This document shows positions 1 to 10,325 of a DNA stretch of 45,733 nucleotides, piece by piece (position 1 is the first letter of the stretch; every line of letters starts with the position of its first letter). A program made the position numbers and the translations under genes. The notes beneath the pieces were generated by a model that was given only the letters and a program-made list of their open reading frames with translations, ran no database searches and was not told the origin of the DNA. Where the stretch lies: the sequence record DRR378314_2033; one strand, given 5' to 3'.

Positions 1-472
1 TACCAACACCGGCACCACCGAACAGGCCAATTTTACCGCCTTTTGCGTATGGCGCCAAAAGGTCCACGACTTTAATACCGGTCACCAGAATTTCTGATTC
101 TGTTGACTGGTCCGCAAAGTCAGGGGCGTTCGCATGAATTGGCGCATAAGCTTTCGCTTCAACGGGTCCACGTTCATCGACGGGCTCACCAACTACGTTC
201 AGAATACGGCCAAGTGTTTCAGGTCCAACAGGCATCTGGATCGCGTCACCAGTATCCTGAACTTCCTGTCCCCGAACCAGACCTTCAGTTGCATCCATCG
301 CGATGGTGCGAACTGTTTTCTCACCAAGATGCTGCGCAACTTCCAATACCAGTCGTTGACCATTGTTTTCAGTATGCAGAGCGTTCAAGATATTCGGCAA
401 CTCACCGTCAAATTGAACGTCCACGACAGCCCCCATAACCTGGGTAATTTTGCCGACAGACTTATTCGCCAT
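1..472 (-). CDS. atpD: F1 ATP synthase subunit beta, 5' part (runs off window start)
   Basis: Manual minus-strand translation from ATG at 472: [21 protein letters not shown]...LEVAQHLGE...[14 protein letters not shown] (start of the P-loop). It follows atpG and has an AGGGAG RBS. Not in the ORF track because it is truncated. Confidence 0.97.
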   Translation of the reverse strand, partial: MANKSVGKITQVMGAVVDVQFDGELPNILNALHTENNGQRLVLEVAQHLGEKTVRTIAMDATEGLVRGQEVQDTGDAIQMPVGPETLGRILNVVGEPVDERGPVEAKAYAPIHANAPDFADQSTESEILVTGIKVVDLLAPYAKGGKIGLFGGAGVG

Positions 473-523
473 TTTAATGCTCCCTAAAGGGTCACTTAAT
501 TCTTCCAAAACCCGGCCGAAGTG

Positions 524-1402
524 CTAGAGCGCTTCTGCACCGGAGATAATCTCAATCAATTCGCTTGTAATCGCTGCTTGGCGCTCACGGTTATACTGCA
601 AGGTGAGCTTATCAATCATGTCACCTGCATTTCGTGTTGCGTTATCCATTGCCGACATACGCGCTCCCTGCTCGGAAGCAGAGTTTTCTAACAAGGCCTT
701 ATAAACCTGAACAGAAATATTCCGTGGCAACAGATCTGCCAGGATTTCTTCTTCTTCGGGTTCGTAATCGTAATCCACTTCACTTTCGGCGACTTCACCG
801 GAAGTTTCTGGAATAGATGCTGGGATCAACTGCTGCTCTGTAACTACCTGAGTCAGAACAGAGACAAATTTGGCAAAGAAGATCGAACAGACATCAAACT
901 CTTCGTTGTCAAACATGGACAGAATCTTCTGTGCAATCGGCGCCGCATCATCAAAACCGATCCGCTTGGAGCCGGAAAGATCCACGAAATCAATGATCAG
1001 GTGACCATATTTCCGCTTCAATACATCCCTACCCTTTTTGCCGACGCAGATAATTTTAACATCTTTGCCTTCAGCAATCAGGCTTTCCGCACGTTTGGCT
1101 GCCGCCTTGGCAATGGAGCTGTTAAAGCCACCGCAAAGACCACGTTCACCAGTTGCAACAATCAGAACATGTCGTTGATCGGATCCTGTACCCTGCAAAA
1201 GCTTTGGACCTTCGCGCCCCTCCAGCCCGCTGGCGAGGGAGACCATCATAGCCTCCATCTTCTCAGCATATGGACGGGCAGCGTTGGCCGCTTCCTCCGC
1301 ATGACGCAGTTTAGCAGCCGCCACCATTTTCATGGCTTTGGTGATCTTCTGCGTTGAAGTAACGCTTGTGATCCGATTTTTGAGTTCTTTAAGGTTCGCC
1401 AT
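524..1402 (-). CDS. atpG: F1 ATP synthase subunit gamma
   Basis: Motifs [20 protein letters not shown] and C-terminal [19 protein letters not shown]; operon position. Confidence 0.98.
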   Translation of the reverse strand: MANLKELKNRITSVTSTQKITKAMKMVAAAKLRHAEEAANAARPYAEKMEAMMVSLASGLEGREGPKLLQGTGSDQRHVLIVATGERGLCGGFNSSIAKAAAKRAESLIAEGKDVKIICVGKKGRDVLKRKYGHLIIDFVDLSGSKRIGFDDAAPIAQKILSMFDNEEFDVCSIFFAKFVSVLTQVVTEQQLIPASIPETSGEVAESEVDYDYEPEEEEILADLLPRNISVQVYKALLENSASEQGARMSAMDNATRNAGDMIDKLTLQYNRERQAAITSELIEIISGAEAL

Positions 1403-1431
1403 TTGAGGCTACCCCCTTTTCAGCTCAAAGG

Positions 1432-2961
1432 TTACGCAAAAGTGGTTGTGAAGCTTTCCAGAATACCAGCCAGCTTTTCTTCATTTTCAGAAGAAAGGGC
1501 AGCTTCATCCCGGATCGCGTCCATGAGACCCTGGTGCTTGGAATGCATTTCAGTCAGCAATTGCTTCTCAAAAGAACCAATCTGATCAACTGCGATGCGG
1601 TCAAGGTAACCTTTCACACCAGCGAAGATCACAACAACCTGTTCTTCCATTGTTAGCGGTGAGTACTGAGGCTGCTTCAGCAGCTCAGTCAGACGCGCAC
1701 CCCGTGCCAGCAGTTTCTGAGTGGACGCATCCAGATCAGAACCAAACTGAGCAAATGCAGCCATCTCACGATACTGAGCCAGCTCCAGTTTAATGGTACC
1801 CGCAACCTGTTTCATCGCTTTTGTTTGAGCAGAAGAGCCCACACGAGACACAGACAGACCAACGTTAATCGCTGGACGAATACCCTGGTAGAAGAGTTCC
1901 GTCTCCAGGAAGATCTGACCATCAGTAATGGAAATTACGTTTGTTGGAATATACGCCGACACGTCACCAGCCTGAGTTTCAATAACTGGCAGTGCCGTCA
2001 TGGAACCAAGTCCGTTGTCTTCGTTCAGCTTGGCAGAGCGTTCCAGCAGACGAGAATGAAGATAGAAAACGTCACCTGGGTAAGCTTCACGCCCTGGAGG
2101 ACGACGCAGCAGCAGGGACATCTGACGATAAGCAACAGCCTGTTTGGACAGATCATCATAAATGATCAGAGAGTGCATGCCGTTATCGCGGAAATATTCA
2201 GCCATCGCGCAGCCGGTAAACGGCGCGAGATATTGAAGAGGAGCCGGATCAGATGCGGTAGCAGCAACCACGATGGAGTATTCCATCGCACCGTTCTCTT
2301 CAAGGGTTTTCACAACCTGAGCAACAGTGGAGCGCTTCTGACCGATCACAACGTAAACGCAATAAAGCTTTTTGCCTTCGTCGTCAGATGCATTAACTGA
2401 TTTCTGGTTCAGGATGGCATCAACCGCAACGGCTGTCTTACCTGTCTGACGGTCACCAATGATCAACTCGCGCTGACCACGTCCAATTGGAACCAGACTG
2501 TCAATTGCCTTCAGGCCAGTCATCATCGGCTCATGAACGGATTTACGTGGCATAATACCAGGCGCTTTCACGTCCACACGCTTCATTTCGCCGCCTTCGA
2601 TCGGACCTTTGCCATCGATCGGGTTACCCAGACCGTCAACAACACGTCCCAGAAGACCTTTACCAACCTTCGTTTCAACGATGGCGCCGGTCCGTTTCAC
2701 GGTGTCGCCTTCTTTAATGTCCCGGTCGGAACCGAAAATCACGGCACCTACGTTGTCTTCCTCAAGGTTAAGGGCCAGACCCTTAATCCCACCTGGGAAT
2801 TCAACCATCTCACCAGCCTGGATTTTGTCCAGACCATAAATACGAGCAACACCGTCACCTACGGACAGCACCTGACCCACTTCTGAAACTTCAGCCTGCG
2901 TGTCAAAACCCGCAATCTGCTGTTTAAGAATTTCGGAAATTTCTGCGGCGCGGATGTCCAT
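1432..2961 (-). CDS. atpA: F1 ATP synthase subunit alpha
   Basis: GDRQTGKT Walker A and [24 protein letters not shown] at 2961 overlaps the atpH stop (TGATG). Confidence 0.98.
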   Translation of the reverse strand: MDIRAAEISEILKQQIAGFDTQAEVSEVGQVLSVGDGVARIYGLDKIQAGEMVEFPGGIKGLALNLEEDNVGAVIFGSDRDIKEGDTVKRTGAIVETKVGKGLLGRVVDGLGNPIDGKGPIEGGEMKRVDVKAPGIMPRKSVHEPMMTGLKAIDSLVPIGRGQRELIIGDRQTGKTAVAVDAILNQKSVNASDDEGKKLYCVYVVIGQKRSTVAQVVKTLEENGAMEYSIVVAATASDPAPLQYLAPFTGCAMAEYFRDNGMHSLIIYDDLSKQAVAYRQMSLLLRRPPGREAYPGDVFYLHSRLLERSAKLNEDNGLGSMTALPVIETQAGDVSAYIPTNVISITDGQIFLETELFYQGIRPAINVGLSVSRVGSSAQTKAMKQVAGTIKLELAQYREMAAFAQFGSDLDASTQKLLARGARLTELLKQPQYSPLTMEEQVVVIFAGVKGYLDRIAVDQIGSFEKQLLTEMHSKHQGLMDAIRDEAALSSENEEKLAGILESFTTTFA

Positions 2962-3521
2962 CACCCAACCCCTTTCATGGCAAACTTAAGATTCTGAAGC
3001 TTGGTTCTAATCGAACTATCGACCATACGCGAACCGACTTTAACCACCAAACCACCGATCAGACTTTCATCAACATCTGCTTCGATGGCAACGTCACTAC
3101 CGATAGAAGATTTCAACTCTTTCTCAAGAGCTTCCATCTGCTTGGCGGTCAGTTTTTTAGCGGAGACAACTTTGGCAATCACCTCACCGCGTTCAGCAGC
3201 AAGTAATTGAGTATAAGTGTCAATCATATCCGCGAGGGCAAAGAGACGGCGATTTTGCGCCACTGTACCCACGAATCGACGAACCAAATCACTAATGCCG
3301 AGCTTTTCAAGAACAGCCAGCATGGCTTTCTCCTGATTGTCCCGACTAATCAGTGGACTACGGACGAGCTTCGCCAGATCAGCGCTCTCCCCCATTGCGG
3401 TTTTAATCGTAGCCAAATCAGATGCCACAGCATCAATCTGCTTCGCTTCCGAAGCAAGATCAAAGAGCGCTGTTGCATAACGGCCAGCGATACCTGAAAC
3501 TTTAATATTCTCAGCTGACAA
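2961..3521 (-). CDS. atpH: F1 ATP synthase subunit delta
   Basis: [11 protein letters not shown] and [17 protein letters not shown]. Probable TTG start at 3521 after a GGGGA RBS; the ORF track extends to 3590. Confidence 0.95.
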   Translation of the reverse strand: MSAENIKVSGIAGRYATALFDLASEAKQIDAVASDLATIKTAMGESADLAKLVRSPLISRDNQEKAMLAVLEKLGISDLVRRFVGTVAQNRRLFALADMIDTYTQLLAAERGEVIAKVVSAKKLTAKQMEALEKELKSSIGSDVAIEADVDESLIGGLVVKVGSRMVDSSIRTKLQNLKFAMKGVG

Positions 3522-3630
3522 GGAAAGTTCCCCAAGCCTGAAAAAACGACGCAAAACGCGTCGCAAGAAAAATTCGTTTAACGCCTGCAAATTTGGACTT
3601 TTTGACCAGCCCTTTCAGCAAGGCACGGGG

Positions 3631-3659
3631 TTATTAGCACACGGAATTCCATGAAGCAA
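3631..3659 (-). promoter_or_regulatory. Putative sigma70 promoter of the atpHAGD operon
   Basis: Minus strand TTGCTT-17 nt-TAATAA (GCTAAT-type -10) in the priA-atpH gap. Confidence 0.45.
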
Positions 3660-3728
3660 TATCCCCAAGGATAGTTTCTGCAGCAAAATTCACCAAATCT
3701 TTACAAATCCTGCTTTTTCAACACAGTT

Positions 3729-5909
3729 CTACATGAAATTGTACGGATCTATATCGATTTGCAAACGAATATTTGCAGGAATCTTCAGGCCTTTCAGCCA
3801 CCCTTTGATAATGGGCTGAAGTTGTTGGTTGCGCAACGATTTGATTAAAAACCTGATCCGATGACGCCCGCGAACCATTGAAAGCGGTGCCGGAGCCGGC
3901 CCCATAATCATAAAACTTTCGCCGCTGGGGCCTTTTCGGGCGAGTTCATTTGAAAAATTTCTCAATGATTCGGGATCCGGAGACGAAAGGATCAAGGACG
4001 CTAAACGCCCAAAAGGAGGCATTGCCGCCATTTCCCTCATTTTCGCCTCTTCCTCAATGAAGGCATCAACATCCGCGTTACTGATCGCTTGCATTACCGG
4101 ATGATCTGGCAAATGGGTTTGCAAAAGAACTTTTCCTTTATGCTCTGCCCGCCCGGCTCGGCCGGCCACCTGAGATAACAACTGATATGAACGCTCTGAC
4201 GCCCGAAGATCACCCCCGGAAAGACCCAGATCCGCATCGACAATTCCCACCAGCGTCAAATTCGGAAAATGATAGCCTTTTGCCACAATCTGCGTTCCGA
4301 CCAGCAAATCAATATCGCCGCGGGACATGGCATCCACAAATCGTGCCGCCGCGCCAGGGCCCGTCATGGTATCGCTGGCAATCATCTGAAGGCGAGCTTC
4401 GGGAAATAACAGGGCCGCCTCTTCCGTCAGACGCTCGATACCCGGACCACAGGCCTTGAAACAATCAGCCTCTCCACATTCCGGGCAGACATCGGGGATC
4501 TTGGCGCTGTAACCACAGTGATGGCATTGCAGGCGGCGACTGAATCGGTGCTCCACCAACCAGGCTGTACAATGAGGGCATTGAAGGCGAAAGCCGCAAG
4601 CGTCACATAAGGTCAGAGGTGCATATCCCCGGCGATTAATGAAAAGCATGGCCTGCTGGCCGGCAGCAAGGGTCTCTTTAACGGCAACTTCCAATGGCTC
4701 TGAAATCCAGCGCTGCGCGCCGGGTCGATGATCCTTGAGATCAATCATTTCAATTTCTGGCAATTCTGCCACGCCAAATCGCGATGGCAGGCGAATATGC
4801 GCATATTTTCCCTGTATCGCGTTTGTATATGTCTCAAGGGCAGGCGTTGCAGATGCCAGGATAACTGGGAAGGCGCCTAGCTGCGCGCGGACAACTGCCA
4901 TATCCCGAGCATTATAAAGAACACCTTCATCCTGCTTGAAGGTCGCTTCATGCTCTTCATCAACGACAATCAGACCCAGATCAGAGAATGGGAGAAAAAG
5001 AGCGGAGCGGGCACCGACAACAACTTTCGCTTCGCCGCCAATGACAGCGCGCCAGTTGCGCCGGCGTTCCCCGGCGCCCAAATCCGAATGCCATTCAACA
5101 GGTTGCACGCCAAAACGATTTTCAAAGCGTTTGAGCCATTGGGATGAAAGAGCGATTTCAGGCAACAGAACCAGCGCCTGCTTGCCATTTCTCAGACACT
5201 CCGCGATGGCTTCAAAATAAACTTCAGTCTTCCCCGAACCGGTTACTCCCTGTAGCAAAACGGGCTGAAAAGCAGATGTTTTAACATATCCCACTAGTTG
5301 CGTTGCGGCGTCCTGCTGCTCCTCTGACAGATCAAATCCATCCTTATTTGGATCCGGTGCTTGAACGGGATTTTCACTGGGCAATTCCCGGGCACCAAGC
5401 GTACCTGCCGTATGCAACCCTTTCACAACAGATGCACTTACGCCTGTCATCTCGGCAATATCTGCGGCGGTTTGCGCGATCCCCCCCTCTAAAAAATTCA
5501 ACACCTTTTCGCGAGCGGCCGTCATTCTCTTTGGCGGAGGCCCTTGTAAAAAATACCCGGTTTTTGGCTGCTTGGGATATAGCGCATCGGGAACGCTCAT
5601 ACTCATACGCAGAATTCGTCCATTCCCTTGCATGGTATAGCTGGCGACCCAGTCAACGAACTGACGTGCCGCCGGACAGAGCGCAGATACGGGCAGGATT
5701 TCTTCTATATCACGCAGTTTTTCAACCGCGAATTCCAGTTTGGGGTCGAGCTGCCAGACAACCCCAACCACAGATCTTGGGCCCAACGGAACGCGGACGA
5801 ACTGACCTTCATGGAGTTCCATTGCCTCCGGCACGGAATAATCATAGGTCGCCCCTTTGCTCATAGGGAGCAACACCCGAATAGTCCTTATGGTCGCCTG
5901 ATTGTTCAT
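3729..5909 (-). CDS. priA: Primosomal protein N' (replication restart helicase)
   Basis: GVTGSGKTEVY, DEEH, four CxxC pairs of the Cys-rich region, QVAGRAGR and C-terminal IDIDP. Confidence 0.97.
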   Translation of the reverse strand: MNNQATIRTIRVLLPMSKGATYDYSVPEAMELHEGQFVRVPLGPRSVVGVVWQLDPKLEFAVEKLRDIEEILPVSALCPAARQFVDWVASYTMQGNGRILRMSMSVPDALYPKQPKTGYFLQGPPPKRMTAAREKVLNFLEGGIAQTAADIAEMTGVSASVVKGLHTAGTLGARELPSENPVQAPDPNKDGFDLSEEQQDAATQLVGYVKTSAFQPVLLQGVTGSGKTEVYFEAIAECLRNGKQALVLLPEIALSSQWLKRFENRFGVQPVEWHSDLGAGERRRNWRAVIGGEAKVVVGARSALFLPFSDLGLIVVDEEHEATFKQDEGVLYNARDMAVVRAQLGAFPVILASATPALETYTNAIQGKYAHIRLPSRFGVAELPEIEMIDLKDHRPGAQRWISEPLEVAVKETLAAGQQAMLFINRRGYAPLTLCDACGFRLQCPHCTAWLVEHRFSRRLQCHHCGYSAKIPDVCPECGEADCFKACGPGIERLTEEAALLFPEARLQMIASDTMTGPGAAARFVDAMSRGDIDLLVGTQIVAKGYHFPNLTLVGIVDADLGLSGGDLRASERSYQLLSQVAGRAGRAEHKGKVLLQTHLPDHPVMQAISNADVDAFIEEEAKMREMAAMPPFGRLASLILSSPDPESLRNFSNELARKGPSGESFMIMGPAPAPLSMVRGRHRIRFLIKSLRNQQLQPIIKGWLKGLKIPANIRLQIDIDPYNFM

Positions 5910-6092
5910 TCTGCTTTGATTTGAGCCATTGCTGGGTTATTTAGGTCAGAATATTGAGGATCTGTTCTTATAGTTCCTAATTCATATGGGTGCTCGTGCC
6001 AAATTATTCCTGAAAAGGCACGCCGAAATGAAACTGCAGCCCAAATGTATTAAACTGACCTCTTACGGGTACAAACACATAGAGATTTGAAA

Positions 6093-6749
6093 ATGAAATT
6101 TTTTGTCGATACCGCTGATACCGAAGAAATTCGCGAGCTTGCCGATACAGGGTTATTGGATGGTGTGACCACCAACCCGTCCTTGATTGCGAAAACCGGC
6201 CGCGATTTCATTGAGGTTGTTAAAGAGATTTGCTCGATCGTTGATGGCCCTGTCAGTGCTGAGGTTGCCGCCACCGATTATGAAACCATGCTGGAAGAAG
6301 GGAAAAAACTGGCAGGTCTGGCCGACAATATCGCGGTCAAAGTCCCGTTGACCATGGCAGGCCTGAAAACTTGCTCACAGATTAGTAAAGCTGGTACACA
6401 GGTAAATGTTACTCTTTGCTTCTCTCCTGCTCAGGCCATCCTGGCAGCCAAAGCGGGTGCAACCTATGTGTCCCCATTTGTTGGTCGCCTTGATGACATC
6501 GGACAAGATGGTATGGCTTTGATCGGCGATATCGTGCAGATTTACAGCAACTATCCAGCCATTCAAACCGAAGTGCTGGTCGCCTCCATCCGTAACCCGA
6601 TGCATATTGTTCAAGCGGGACTGATGGGCGCAGAAGTCTGCACCATTCCACCGCAGGTGCTCAAGCAGCTTGTTTCTCATCCGCTAACCGACAAAGGTCT
6701 TGCCGCTTTTGTTGCAGACTGGGAAAAAACTGGACAGAGCATCCTTTGA
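6093..6749 (+). CDS. tal: Small transaldolase (TalC/FSA-like family)
   Basis: [21 protein letters not shown], Schiff-base VKVP and YVSPFVGR (Phe form typical of transaldolases). Confidence 0.9.
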   Translation: MKFFVDTADTEEIRELADTGLLDGVTTNPSLIAKTGRDFIEVVKEICSIVDGPVSAEVAATDYETMLEEGKKLAGLADNIAVKVPLTMAGLKTCSQISKAGTQVNVTLCFSPAQAILAAKAGATYVSPFVGRLDDIGQDGMALIGDIVQIYSNYPAIQTEVLVASIRNPMHIVQAGLMGAEVCTIPPQVLKQLVSHPLTDKGLAAFVADWEKTGQSIL

Positions 6750-6791
6750 TCCGCATGATTCACCGAAGCTAAACCCCAAGGGAAAAACACG

Positions 6792-7517
6792 GTGGCCAAA
6801 GACCGAAAGAAATTGGAAGCCCATGCCCGTCCAGCGAACGACCTGAACGCGGATACTGTTCGCCAATGGCTGCAAGATCATCCTGAGTTTCTGGAAAAAA
6901 ATTCAGATCTACTGACGGATGTCATTGCAGCCAACCGGGTTACTGGTGACGGCGTTGTCGATATGCAGTCTTTCCTTGTTGAGAAATTGCAAAGCCAGGT
7001 CGGTGATTTAAAATCCACTCAAAATGATCTGGTAAAAACCACGCGGCAAAATCTCCATATTCAGGATATGGTTCACCAGTCCGTCAAAGCGATCTTGTCC
7101 GCCACCGGTGTTTCTCATTTTGTACATATCCTGACCCAGGATCTGCCGGAATATCTGGATGTGGATGTAATTACTCTCTGCGTCGAGGAAGGCTCGATAC
7201 CTCTTCCGGCCATGACCGGATTGCAGCGATTAAAAAAAGGAAATATCAATAAGGCGAATTGGAGCACTGGAAACATCCTGATGCGGCCAAGTGCCCCCAA
7301 GTCCAAAGCCGTCTTCGGCCCAGCGAAAGACCTGATTGAAAGTGATGCCCTCATCCGCCTTGATGTTCCGTCATTGGCGGCCCCGTGTATGCTGGCAGTC
7401 GGAAGCCGAGAAATGGGCCATTTCCATCCGGATCAGGGAACGGAACTGTTAGAATTCCTGGCAAGCTGCATTGAAGCCAGCCTTCAAACATGGCTGGAAA
7501 ACTTCCCTCAATCCTGA
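6792..7517 (+). CDS. DUF484 (YigA-like) family protein
   Basis: V..WL..HPEFL N-terminus, coiled-coil segment, C-terminal LAVGSR..HFHPDQGTELLEFL. It sits directly upstream of xerC, as yigA does. Confidence 0.85.
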   Translation: MAKDRKKLEAHARPANDLNADTVRQWLQDHPEFLEKNSDLLTDVIAANRVTGDGVVDMQSFLVEKLQSQVGDLKSTQNDLVKTTRQNLHIQDMVHQSVKAILSATGVSHFVHILTQDLPEYLDVDVITLCVEEGSIPLPAMTGLQRLKKGNINKANWSTGNILMRPSAPKSKAVFGPAKDLIESDALIRLDVPSLAAPCMLAVGSREMGHFHPDQGTELLEFLASCIEASLQTWLENFPQS

Positions 7518-7518
7518 C

Positions 7519-8430
7519 ATGAAAACGCTGAAGTCATTAGATGCACATGTAAATGACTGGAAAAGCTGGCTTCGTAACGAAAAAAAAGTCAGCCTCAATA
7601 CATATGAAGCTTACGAGCGGGATGTCGAAGCGTTTCTAAACTTCTCCGAATTTCATATCGGCAAATCGTTAACGCTAGAGGATCTGGAAAACATGCGCGC
7701 GGCCGATTTTCGGGCCTTTCTGGGGGATCGAAAAAAAGACGGCCTTAGCGCGACCTCGCTGGCAAGGCACCTGTCCTCTATCCGCAGTTTTTTCAAAAAA
7801 CTGGAACGTGACGGCCTCCTTCACAATCCCCATATCAACTCCCTTCGCGCACCAAAACGGCCGGATCGCCTGCCCCGCCCCCTAACTGAAAAAGATAGCG
7901 GCAATCTTATGTCTGAATTGGATAAAGGCCAAAACTGGATAGAGGCGCGGGATCTTGCGGTCATCACGCTGCTTTATGGCGCAGGCTTAAGGATTTCTGA
8001 AGCCCTCGATCTGAATTTTGGAAACAGACCCGCCGGAGAGAGTATGGTTATCACCGGTAAGGGGTCAAAAGAACGGCTGGTTCCCCTATTGCCTGCAATC
8101 TTGAAGGCTATCGATCGGTATCTTCAACTTTGCCCCTACCCGATGACAGCAGAGAGTCCCCTGTTTCTCGGCAAGCAAGGCAAACGCCTTAGCGCGCGCC
8201 AAATTCAGCTGACCGTTCAGAAATTACGCAGACAACTTAGCTTGCCTGAAACCGCGACACCCCACGCCCTGCGCCACAGCTTTGCCACCCATCTTTTGGG
8301 CGCCGGCGGGGATCTTCGAACCATTCAGGAATTACTGGGACATGCGTCACTTTCAACCACCCAGCGATATACGGACCTGGACACAGAAAAACTCCTGAAC
8401 GTTTATAAAAATGCACATCCCAAAGGCTAA
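7519..8430 (+). CDS. xerC: Tyrosine recombinase XerC
   Basis: Catalytic motifs LYGAGLRISE, GKGSKER, HALRHSFATH, LGHASLSTTQRY. Core-genome context next to DUF484 and priA. ATG at 7519. Confidence 0.92.
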   Translation: MKTLKSLDAHVNDWKSWLRNEKKVSLNTYEAYERDVEAFLNFSEFHIGKSLTLEDLENMRAADFRAFLGDRKKDGLSATSLARHLSSIRSFFKKLERDGLLHNPHINSLRAPKRPDRLPRPLTEKDSGNLMSELDKGQNWIEARDLAVITLLYGAGLRISEALDLNFGNRPAGESMVITGKGSKERLVPLLPAILKAIDRYLQLCPYPMTAESPLFLGKQGKRLSARQIQLTVQKLRRQLSLPETATPHALRHSFATHLLGAGGDLRTIQELLGHASLSTTQRYTDLDTEKLLNVYKNAHPKG

Positions 8431-9614
8431 TCCCTGGTCATCCGATAAATAAGCGGGGCCAGTAACGCGATCGCCCCCATGGACACATAAGTCACTCCCC
8501 AGGCAAAACTGTTTTCACGCCCCCCTGCAGCATCCAGCACGACCCCGGCCATGACCGGGCCAATCATCGCGCCGGCAAATCCGATAAAGCTGTGAACTGC
8601 CATGGTGGAGCCCTTCAACTCAGCCGGTGAAGAAATAACCGCACCGGATGTAATGGAAGAAGAATCAGCGGTTACCAGAACGCCGTAGACAATGGAAAGA
8701 GCCGCGACAATGATAAAAGGCAAGCCAGAGGAGAACCCCAGAAAGATCGAGACGAAAAAGGACGCCAGCATAATCAGCAAAATTGCGGGTCGGCGCCCGA
8801 TTTTCAGTGCCAGTTCGTTTCCGGCAACACTGGATGGCAGTCCCATAAATATAACAATTGTCGCAATCAGGCTGATATCCATCCACGCCGGGGCCTGACT
8901 TTGACTGGCTGCGAAAGTGAGATAGGTCACCACAAATGACCGCATTGCCATCAATTCCCAGGAATGACAGAAATACGCGATCACATACCCCATTGTCCGA
9001 CGATTGAGCAGCACGGGTTTGAAATTGAAAAGCTGTGCCCATGGGCGCGGGTTGTGAACAGACACCGGCCGGTTCAACAACAGCACCAGAAACAGGGCCA
9101 GCGGCGGTCCCATAACCGCAGCAACCAAAGCCTCATCCGTTCCCCACCATCGATTCACTTGCCCGACCAGCAGAAAAGAAACCGCAGATCCAGTTGAAAA
9201 ACAGGCTGTATAAAACGCAATGGCCCGAGGTTGAGAGTTAGTCGGTATCCGGTCAGTCAACATTTTCAGCCCTGGCATATAGGCACAGGCCAGTCCTACA
9301 CCGGAAAGAAAACGCCACGGGAGGGCCGACCAGAAATCCATCGCCTGAAATGCAAAGCCATAAGCCCCGACAATCGCCACCACATGTCCGATCAAGACAA
9401 TTTTTAAGGCATCAATCCGATCTGTCAGGGTTGACGATAGCAATCCAAAAATAGTGAAGCCAAGGAAATAGGCTCCATTGATCCATCCCGCTTCGGTCGC
9501 CGTTATAGCCCACGCCTCAAAAAAATGAGGCATGAGCGCAGGAAAAGTCGCAAAAGAGGACATTGCCAGAATTTCAGCAATGCAGGATAGGGTAATCAGT
9601 CTAACAGATGACAT
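8427..9614 (-). CDS. Major facilitator superfamily transporter
   Basis: 395 aa with about 12 hydrophobic segments and motif-A-like STLTDRID and LALKIGRR. Substrate unknown. Confidence 0.88.
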   Translation of the reverse strand: MSSVRLITLSCIAEILAMSSFATFPALMPHFFEAWAITATEAGWINGAYFLGFTIFGLLSSTLTDRIDALKIVLIGHVVAIVGAYGFAFQAMDFWSALPWRFLSGVGLACAYMPGLKMLTDRIPTNSQPRAIAFYTACFSTGSAVSFLLVGQVNRWWGTDEALVAAVMGPPLALFLVLLLNRPVSVHNPRPWAQLFNFKPVLLNRRTMGYVIAYFCHSWELMAMRSFVVTYLTFAASQSQAPAWMDISLIATIVIFMGLPSSVAGNELALKIGRRPAILLIMLASFFVSIFLGFSSGLPFIIVAALSIVYGVLVTADSSSITSGAVISSPAELKGSTMAVHSFIGFAGAMIGPVMAGVVLDAAGGRENSFAWGVTYVSMGAIALLAPLIYRMTRD

Positions 9615-9623
9615 TCATTCTCT

Positions 9624-10232
9624 TCAGGAAGTGGGAGGGGCTGTCTCTGCGATAGATGGTTTTTTGGAAAACTCTTCGAACCAGGATGTTAGATTGGGAC
9701 GACCGTTGCGCCAGTCTTCATGGGCAAAACGAAGATCCAGATACCCAAGTCCGCAGGCTACTGCAATGGTTCCGATATTGGTTTGCCCCTTGAATGTGGA
9801 GGCATCCTTCTCCAGAACATCCAGGCAGTTCTCTACGGCAAGCCGGAGCCGCTCACTCCAGGTTGGGGAGCGCTCGCCCTCAGGCAATGCAGAAGCATCC
9901 CAACGCCGGCTAAATGCTGCATCGGTCATACCATTTGCCATAGCATGCAGGGTCATGACCTTGGCTCGCTCCAACGGTTCATTGGGAAATAGAGTTGGAT
10001 TACCGTCTTTTGCGTCCAGATATTCTGCAATTACGATTGAATCAAACAGCATCTCTCCGCTCGGTAGTTCAAGGCTCGGAATTTTGCCCAGTGGATTCTT
10101 TGGGTTGATCCCCTTGAATACATTGCTTGTATCTGGCTGCGTGAATTCGATCTGGTCCCGAAGCCCTTTTTCAATTGCAACGGCGAGAACTTTCCTGGCG
10201 AAAGGAGATGTGGCGCTATAGCAGAGTTTCAT
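9624..10232 (-). CDS. Glutathione S-transferase family protein
   Basis: SATSPFARKV, NPLGKIPSL, LFDSIVIAEYLD, ACGLGYLDLRF. ATG at 10232 after a GAGG RBS. Confidence 0.9.
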   Translation of the reverse strand: MKLCYSATSPFARKVLAVAIEKGLRDQIEFTQPDTSNVFKGINPKNPLGKIPSLELPSGEMLFDSIVIAEYLDAKDGNPTLFPNEPLERAKVMTLHAMANGMTDAAFSRRWDASALPEGERSPTWSERLRLAVENCLDVLEKDASTFKGQTNIGTIAVACGLGYLDLRFAHEDWRNGRPNLTSWFEEFSKKPSIAETAPPTS

Positions 10233-10264
10233 CTGAGACCTCTTATTATCGTTATGGGAAATGC

Positions 10265-10299
10265 AAAAAAGAAAGGGCCGAATTGATTTCGGCCCTTTC
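10265..10299 (-). terminator. Intrinsic terminator after lpdA
   Basis: 12-bp perfect stem GAAAGGGCCGAA/TTCGGCCCTTTC with a 5-nt loop, followed by a U6 tract on the minus strand. Confidence 0.85.
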
Positions 10300-10325
10300 A
10301 ATCTTTTCGAATTTGAAAACTCAGG

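Noticed and set aside
103..487. Plus-strand ORFs 103-438 and 134-487
   Set aside because: They are antisense to the truncated atpD, which explains the region.
1..3521. F1 genes without adjacent F0 genes
   Set aside because: Split F0 and F1 operons are the norm in Alphaproteobacteria.
5964..5976. GTTC direct repeat upstream of priA as a LexA box
   Set aside because: The spacing is GTTC-N5-GTTC, whereas the alphaproteobacterial LexA box is GTTC-N7-GTTC.
5995..6022. CGTGCC...GGCACG inverted repeat as sigma54 promoters (also GGCAC near 3622)
   Set aside because: The -24 GGCAC elements lack a correctly spaced -12 TTGC, and a 6-bp repeat can arise by chance.
7519..8430. Tyrosine recombinase as a phage or island integrase
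   Set aside because: Its size, motifs and DUF484/priA context fit housekeeping XerC. I saw no att repeats, tRNA, cargo genes or dif-like site.
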